Shown here one piece after another: positions 58,400 through 64,000 of a stretch of 64,000 nucleotides of DNA. Within the stretch, counting starts at the first letter, position 1. Each line of letters opens with the position of its first letter. The DNA is from an uncultured virus (IMG/VR IMGVR_UViG_3300030117_003229) (Duplodnaviria > Heunggongvirae > Uroviricota > Caudoviricetes). Below the pieces are notes generated by a model. It saw nothing but the letters and a program-made list of their open reading frames with translations. It ran no database searches and had not been told where the DNA came from. The DNA is taken from the IMG/VR virus record IMGVR_UViG_3300030117_003229, positions 1 through 64,000 of that record. One strand, given 5' to 3'. The position numbers were made by a program, and so were the translations under genes.

Positions 58400-59476
58400 T
58401 TACCAAGTTGTTATTGCACTATTCTCAAATGTTTCTAACTTAAATGCTTCATTTGAACCATTCTGAACACACTCAAATTCTAATGTATGAAATACACCAG
58501 TTTCACTAAGGTCTTGCCCCGGATCACCAGTATATTGTATTTCTGCTGTAATTTCCATTTCACCAGCGGCATCATTACCAGCACCATTAATTAGATTAAG
58601 TGTCATTGTATCACCATCAAGAAAGTCTTGAATAACATTATTATCTGCACCATAGTCAAATTCATCATCATATTTAATAACAAGGCTACCAGTAACAACA
58701 TATTCAGGGAATACATAGACTTCAGCATCACCATTAGTATTAAAACCAACCCTATTAACACCATTAGAGATATTAAAAGTAAATGATTTCATAATAAATG
58801 TTTGTGTTGCATTTCCTTCTACATCTAAAGTTCTAGTGTCAAAGTCCATAACATTAAAATATGTAGTTTGTGCATCAACCCAAGAACCATCAAAGGTCTG
58901 CTCTAATACTGTTCCTGTAGAAACTGGATTACTAAAGCCACTAAAGTAATTACCACTAATGCTTACAAGCCCATTATTTGCTCCCACATCGCCAGTTATG
59001 GTCATATCTGAACATACTACCCCTGTAACTTTAATACCTTCACCAGCGGCAGGATAGTAAGCAAGATTACAACTATGAGGCATACCACTTGTAATGCTTC
59101 CACCCATAGAATTTAAATTATTTGATCCATCTATTTCCATTTCATGCAATGTACTTCCAGATGTTAGTGATCTTTGACCTACTAAAAGTGCGTGTTGAGC
59201 TAATGTTCTAGGTGTTGCAACCATTTCAAAAGGTGCAGTAACTGTGCCACCTCTTAAATTAACTATAGTATCAGCGGCATTTTTTACACTTCCTCTTCCA
59301 CTTAACAACCTAGATTCCCTAGAAATATTAAATGTTGGTTTTTGTGCTTGTACTACTGGTTGTGTTAGGTATGCAGTACCATCATTACCATCACTATCTA
59401 ATGCTACCCCAAAAGCGGTTTCTGCCTTTAAACCATATTTTATACTACTTACTGGGAGTACTCTTGTATCAGCCAT
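58400..59476 (-). CDS. Major tail (tube) protein
   Basis: GLKAETAFG N-terminal motif; position. Confidence 0.75.
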   Translation of the reverse strand: MADTRVLPVSSIKYGLKAETAFGVALDSDGNDGTAYLTQPVVQAQKPTFNISRESRLLSGRGSVKNAADTIVNLRGGTVTAPFEMVATPRTLAQHALLVGQRSLTSGSTLHEMEIDGSNNLNSMGGSITSGMPHSCNLAYYPAAGEGIKVTGVVCSDMTITGDVGANNGLVSISGNYFSGFSNPVSTGTVLEQTFDGSWVDAQTTYFNVMDFDTRTLDVEGNATQTFIMKSFTFNISNGVNRVGFNTNGDAEVYVFPEYVVTGSLVIKYDDEFDYGADNNVIQDFLDGDTMTLNLINGAGNDAAGEMEITAEIQYTGDPGQDLSETGVFHTLEFECVQNGSNEAFKLETFENSAITTW

Positions 59477-59691
59477 TATTTAGCCTCCTTCTTCTTTTTT
59501 TGTTTTTTAACTTGCTCTGCAACTCCCATATCAAGTAGCTCTTGAGCAACTTCCTCAGACATTGTTACAGTTAATCCAGCCCTGAGTTTGTCCAGATCAC
59601 CTTTATCACACTTAACCCCATTAGGATTAATTCTATGTAATTTATTATCCCTTGCTTTTATGTCCATTAGATTATCTCCATGTTTTGACAA
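59476..59691 (-). CDS. Small tail-associated protein
   Basis: Positional homolog of 28176..28364. Confidence 0.5.
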   Translation of the reverse strand: MSKHGDNLMDIKARDNKLHRINPNGVKCDKGDLDKLRAGLTVTMSEEVAQELLDMGVAEQVKKQKKKKEAK

Positions 59692-60089
59692 TTAAAATTT
59701 GCTACACCTTTTATTAAGGTTTGATCATCTTCATCTATTTCATAAGAGACTGATGTAATTTGAGCATCAAACCACTCTGCCCCTGTGCTTTGTATTTTTT
59801 CATTATATACTAATCTTTTTAGTCTTTCCATTACATTAGAAACTTGCTTGATTGTATTTTTAGTGTATTTACCACCTGATTTAAGTTCATAATTAATAAT
59901 CACATTATACTGTCTTTGCATACCACTACTTACATTGGTAACTAATTCATCTGATTCAGGAACTAATAAAAAAGATTGATTACCCTTATGTTCATCATAA
60001 TATACAGGAATACTAAACTCTCCATTTATTATAGTTGCTAATTTTTCTAATATTTCATCAAAAATTATATTTACAAATGTAGTAGGCAT
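59667..60089 (-). CDS. Tail terminator / completion protein
   Basis: Homolog of 28361..28792. Confidence 0.65.
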   Translation of the reverse strand: MPTTFVNIIFDEILEKLATIINGEFSIPVYYDEHKGNQSFLLVPESDELVTNVSSGMQRQYNVIINYELKSGGKYTKNTIKQVSNVMERLKRLVYNEKIQSTGAEWFDAQITSVSYEIDEDDQTLIKGVANFNCQNMEII

Positions 60090-61078
60090 TAATACCTCGT
60101 TGCTCTTACTGATTTAATAGGTGTAAATGATTGATCTAATTCACCACTAACTTCAAGCTCAAATTCATCGCCTGTTGTATATAATCCCGGAGTAAATCTC
60201 ACATACATATCATGTCCTACAAGTTGCCAATATCCATCAATTATTTCATCATTAGCCATCTGCTCTAGCTTGAGTCCATTTTCATTACCTATAAAAGAAT
60301 TAAATTTCACCGTTGTGTTTTCTGTTCCTGCTGTAAATGTACCACCAGAACTAATAATAATTTTTATAATGTCCCACGGATAAGAACTCCTACCCCTTAC
60401 ATCGGCAATACCACCAGTTGTATTTGAATTGATAGAAACTGGTCTTAAAATGCCTTTGTATTTTGATTCATCTTCTGATTGATATAAAGTTATTTCACCT
60501 TTTCTTAGCATATCTAGTAAGCCAGTTCCCTGATCATTTATAGCCTGTGATCTAATCTGATCAGCCTTTTCTACATCATAGGGTCTTACTAAACTATCTA
60601 CAGCTATAATAGAAGTACATCTAACTATAATCTCAGGATAGTTAAAGCTTGAGGCATCCATTGTGCCAACTCCTTTGTTTGGGTATATTGGGAATGGGAG
60701 GAAACTGCGAACAAAGTCACTAGCACGCTGAACAGCCTCAGTCTTTAAATCACCCCAGTCTCTAGATGCCTCAAATACACTACTATTTAAATTATTAACA
60801 CTTGTCCCTTGAAAATAATATTCTAACAAATCTGTACTTGCAGTATATCTATAATTGTCATCTGAACTCGGTTCATTAGTTGTAGATGTTAATTCCTTTC
60901 CATCCTTGTAAACTTGCCCACTAGCATCTCCTGTGTTATATAGGTAATATAAGTGAGATGTTCCTGAAGCTACCCAATTACTAGCTAAAACTTTTTTCCC
61001 ATCATATTCACCTATATATGGCTCAATAAAGGTAAGGTCTGATGTTGTATTACAATAACTTTCAAAATATGTACTCAT
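60089..61078 (-). CDS. Head-tail adaptor-like structural protein
   Basis: Homolog of 28792..29763. Confidence 0.6.
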   Translation of the reverse strand: MSTYFESYCNTTSDLTFIEPYIGEYDGKKVLASNWVASGTSHLYYLYNTGDASGQVYKDGKELTSTTNEPSSDDNYRYTASTDLLEYYFQGTSVNNLNSSVFEASRDWGDLKTEAVQRASDFVRSFLPFPIYPNKGVGTMDASSFNYPEIIVRCTSIIAVDSLVRPYDVEKADQIRSQAINDQGTGLLDMLRKGEITLYQSEDESKYKGILRPVSINSNTTGGIADVRGRSSYPWDIIKIIISSGGTFTAGTENTTVKFNSFIGNENGLKLEQMANDEIIDGYWQLVGHDMYVRFTPGLYTTGDEFELEVSGELDQSFTPIKSVRATRY

Positions 61079-61302
61079 GCTTCTGCCTCTGGTTTTGGTA
61101 AGGGATCATATTCTATTACTTGAAGTTCTAAGCTTCTAACTCCTTCAATTAATTTTATTAAAAATTCTTTTTCATCTATACTTGTATTATCTAAAATAAT
61201 ATTTGAAATATCTACACTATCAGCAAATTCTTTACACCTCATAATAATATCAAAGGCATTGTAGTCCATTCTGCTAGTATCTATTTCTGTGATCTTTTCC
61301 AT
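61075..61302 (-). CDS. Hypothetical protein
   Basis: Coupled ORF. Confidence 0.45.
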   Translation of the reverse strand: MEKITEIDTSRMDYNAFDIIMRCKEFADSVDISNIILDNTSIDEKEFLIKLIEGVRSLELQVIEYDPLPKPEAEA

Positions 61303-62327
61303 TTTAAAAACTCTGCCCCTTCATAGGGATTAAAAATTGTAGTAATAAGCCTATTATCATGATCATCATATTTAGGATCAATAATTGTAACTGGTGCATT
61401 AAATATATTTTTATCATCTAAACCTAACTTATCTGCATATCCATCCATAATTTTAAAACTTGCTACTTGTAAGGCATGAGAAATTAAGCCTGAAGCTGGG
61501 TCTTTTAAAACTTGATAACCTGAAACATGAGTATGTCCACAAGTTAAAATGTGATCTTTCCAACCCATTTGTGCGGCTTTTGCTACCCCATGTGCTGTAT
61601 TCCACATTGAATACCCTTTGAAAGTATGTCTAGCATTTATTCTTATTTGCCTTGAATTAGGAAACCTAAGATTTAATCTAGCTCCCCATTTCTCATATAC
61701 CCCCTGATGTCCCCTCATTATAAAATCTAGAGGGTCACCATCACCTGACCAAACATCATGATTTCCTGCTACCAAATACAGCCAATTAACACTATTTACA
61801 AAATGTTCTGTAAGTCTCCATGATTCTTTAGCTGTGACAGATTGCTGTCCATGTAGGAAAGATAGCCTACCTATCCAATTATTCTGCACATCACCTAAAT
61901 TACCAGCAAACATTCCATCTGTTTTATTGATAAGATTACATAAGGAATAAATTTCTGCAATGTTTGTACCATCATCATCAATATGTGGATCACCAAAATG
62001 GCATATACCAATAGGGCCGTTTTTCTTTATATCTATATTTATTAAAGTTTTAGACTCTTTAGCTTTGATTTGTATAGAATATTTTTTCTTTCTATGTTCT
62101 ATTAAATCATCAATAGGCATAAATTCAGGGTCAGTAACTTCCTTTACAAATTGTGCTTTTTCTAAAATCATTGGTGCAACTGTCCTTTTACCACAATTAT
62201 TACACATATATTGCTGTTTTTTACTTTTTGCCCTATAAAGGAAACCAAATTTTCTAATATCTCTACTTCCACAATGCTTACAACCTATAATATTTCCATC
62301 TATATCCTGTACTAAAGGATCACTCAT
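61281..62327 (-). CDS. Calcineurin-like metallophosphoesterase with N-terminal Zn ribbon
   Basis: CKHCGS...CNNCG; GDPH, GD, GNHD, H, GHTH. Confidence 0.85.
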   Translation of the reverse strand: MSDPLVQDIDGNIIGCKHCGSRDIRKFGFLYRAKSKKQQYMCNNCGKRTVAPMILEKAQFVKEVTDPEFMPIDDLIEHRKKKYSIQIKAKESKTLINIDIKKNGPIGICHFGDPHIDDDGTNIAEIYSLCNLINKTDGMFAGNLGDVQNNWIGRLSFLHGQQSVTAKESWRLTEHFVNSVNWLYLVAGNHDVWSGDGDPLDFIMRGHQGVYEKWGARLNLRFPNSRQIRINARHTFKGYSMWNTAHGVAKAAQMGWKDHILTCGHTHVSGYQVLKDPASGLISHALQVASFKIMDGYADKLGLDDKNIFNAPVTIIDPKYDDHDNRLITTIFNPYEGAEFLKWKRSQK

Positions 62328-62805
62328 ATTTGATCACAATTTCTTTAAAATGATCAACTGTCCCTTTTCCTTTTTCTGTATTGTACCATTTCTTCCAATA
62401 TCTAGCCTGATCATCTAATGTTTCAGGTAATTTCTCTGGACATCTCCAATAATGAAGCCTACAAGCTATAATCCCAGCAGTTAAATTAGTTGTTAGTATT
62501 TGCTTCCAATCTTCTTCTGTTGGATCAGTAAAGTATTTCCAATCTAAATAACAAACATCAGCAACCTTTTTCATTAACTGACTTCTGTACTTTAAATAGT
62601 CATTACATAAACTTACAGCAACCCACGGTTCACATTGCCAGAAGCCACGAGCTATATCAGAACCTTTTTGAGTAAGATATTTATATTTAGATTCAACTAA
62701 ACCAGTTCTATATATAAGCATCATAGCTTCATGACTTGCAAACTTAGAACCCATTTTTTCTAGGGTGTTCTTTATCAGGTGCATCATTTGTAGTGCATCA
62801 ATCAT
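62320..62805 (-). CDS. Lysozyme-like protein (putative endolysin)
   Basis: Homolog of 29947..30429. Confidence 0.65.
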   Translation of the reverse strand: MIDALQMMHLIKNTLEKMGSKFASHEAMMLIYRTGLVESKYKYLTQKGSDIARGFWQCEPWVAVSLCNDYLKYRSQLMKKVADVCYLDWKYFTDPTEEDWKQILTTNLTAGIIACRLHYWRCPEKLPETLDDQARYWKKWYNTEKGKGTVDHFKEIVIKYE

Positions 62806-63032
62806 TACTTCTTCCTAAAAAAGCCACCTAAAATATCTGTAAGTAAATCCATTGCTTTTTCAAAAAACTCTTGTTCTTTTTCTTCACTTACAAAAGGGAT
62901 GTCAATTTTTTGATTTAATTTAGTTGCTAACATATCTGCAAATTCATCTGATTCTATTTGCTTCATAGCTTCCTCTTGCATTTTATCTGCTTGAGCTTCT
63001 GCCATTTCCATTAACATTTTTTTAAAGTCCAT
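62805..63032 (-). CDS. Hypothetical protein
   Basis: Homolog of 31407..31631. Confidence 0.65.
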   Translation of the reverse strand: MDFKKMLMEMAEAQADKMQEEAMKQIESDEFADMLATKLNQKIDIPFVSEEKEQEFFEKAMDLLTDILGGFFRKK

Positions 63033-63170
63033 TTATCTCTCCTTTTTAATGGTTAGTATTAATGCTATAATAGATAAGATACTTACAGTAATTTGTAGGT
63101 ATTCACTTATCTGACTTATATTTATAAAATAATTAGCTGTACTGATTGAAAAAACTCTTAATGTATCCAT
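63033..63170 (-). CDS. Small membrane protein, holin-like (45 aa)
   Basis: Counterpart of 31632..31778. Confidence 0.5.
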   Translation of the reverse strand: MDTLRVFSISTANYFINISQISEYLQITVSILSIIALILTIKKER

Positions 63171-63460
63171 TATTTCCTTCTAGTTTTACTAGGACTCCAT
63201 TTAACCTTATTTGCCCACCAAGCGGCTGAACTTTTACCCTTTGCAATGTTCTTTCTATGACGACTTTTAAAAGCCATTCTTTGTGCTACTGTTTGATTTG
63301 TCTTAACACCTTGCTGTCCAAATCTTATTAACTTAGTAACAGTTCTACCACCTTTCTTATATCTTGCCAATACTACATGAGACTTTGTTTTATGTCTTGG
63401 CGTTCTCTTGGGTTTATTATAACCACTTAGACCAAATCTTTTTAATCTTGGGTCAGCCAT
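63170..63460 (-). CDS. Basic protein (DUF6321-like)
   Basis: Homolog of 31111..31407. Confidence 0.7.
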   Translation of the reverse strand: MADPRLKRFGLSGYNKPKRTPRHKTKSHVVLARYKKGGRTVTKLIRFGQQGVKTNQTVAQRMAFKSRHRKNIAKGKSSAAWWANKVKWSPSKTRRK

Positions 63461-63777
63461 TAATTTTTACCGTTTATCCGACTTAAACTTCCATCAATCC
63501 TAGAAACTTGATTATCTAAATCATTTATTTCTTTGGTAAGGGCATCAAATTTTCTATCTAATTTATCATCTGAGGCGTTCCATCTATTTATTAATTTTAT
63601 GATCATTCCTTCCATATTTTGTAGAGTTTCAGATTGACCTTTATTTTCAATTTTTAAATTTTCTAATTGTTCCTGTTGCCTAGCAGATTTATTAGAAAGA
63701 GATATGACTAAATACACAAACATCGCACCCACTACGCCTATCATTCCTGCTTCGCCATATATAGCTAAAAAATCCAC
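63460..63777 (-). CDS. TM plus coiled-coil protein (holin/lysis-associated)
   Basis: Nearly identical to 31778..32095. Confidence 0.6.
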   Translation of the reverse strand: MDFLAIYGEAGMIGVVGAMFVYLVISLSNKSARQQEQLENLKIENKGQSETLQNMEGMIIKLINRWNASDDKLDRKFDALTKEINDLDNQVSRIDGSLSRINGKN

Positions 63778-64000
63778 TATTTCTTACCTCTTTTCTTTTT
63801 GCCCCAGCTTAGTGGGTTAATATTAAATTCTTTTTCATAAAATGCTACTTTATCTGCCAACTCTTGTCTTTCAGCCCTTTCTTCCATGATATGTTTGCTA
63901 AGTAAATCCCCAATCTGTTCATTTGCAATAACAATACTATTTTCAAGGTTTTTAATCCTTGTTTCAATCTGCCAATATCCATAGACCAAGATTCCGATGA
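63777..64000 (-). CDS. Coiled-coil membrane protein, 5'-truncated by the window end
   Basis: Frame open to the window edge. Confidence 0.5.
   Translation of the reverse strand, partial: IGILVYGYWQIETRIKNLENSIVIANEQIGDLLSKHIMEERAERQELADKVAFYEKEFNINPLSWGKKKRGKK

Larger units (their letters stand above)
33501..64000 (-). mobile_element. Phage B, related siphovirus-like genome (boundary with A uncertain, ~33.2-37.5 kb)
   Basis: Second syntenic set of homologous but diverged genes; CpG-poor composition from ~37.4 kb. Confidence 0.8.

Overview
The window holds only phage DNA: two related but clearly distinct ~32-kb siphovirus-like genomes joined head-to-tail in the same orientation, in a scaffold with one 10-N gap. 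Phage A covers ~1-33.5 kb and phage B ~37.4-64 kb, with a tail-fibre gene between them. Almost all genes are on the minus strand. Each genome has terminase, portal, scaffold, capsid, tail fibre, lysis, neck, tail tube, frameshifted tail chaperones, tape measure and replication genes, but neither has a recognisable integrase. The most notable signals are in phage A. (1) The terminase large subunit is interrupted just before Walker B by GGC-UGA-GNRA hairpin-GGC, the architecture of a programmed translational bypass (26-nt hop, T4 gene 60-like). (2) A 2.4-kb plus-strand early cassette is bracketed by two directly repeated XerC/D dif-like sites. It has its own promoter and terminator and two type I hammerhead ribozymes that would excise a two-gene RNA. 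(3) A C5 methyltransferase has a nested second subunit in an overlapping frame. (4) There is a repeated AGTGTTGACA operator-like motif, a hairpin RNA complementary to the early-gene RBS repeat, and an iteron-like origin. Phage B looks CpG-poor and carries a TET-associated-type glycosyltransferase locus. All calls come from reading the sequence by eye; no searches were run.
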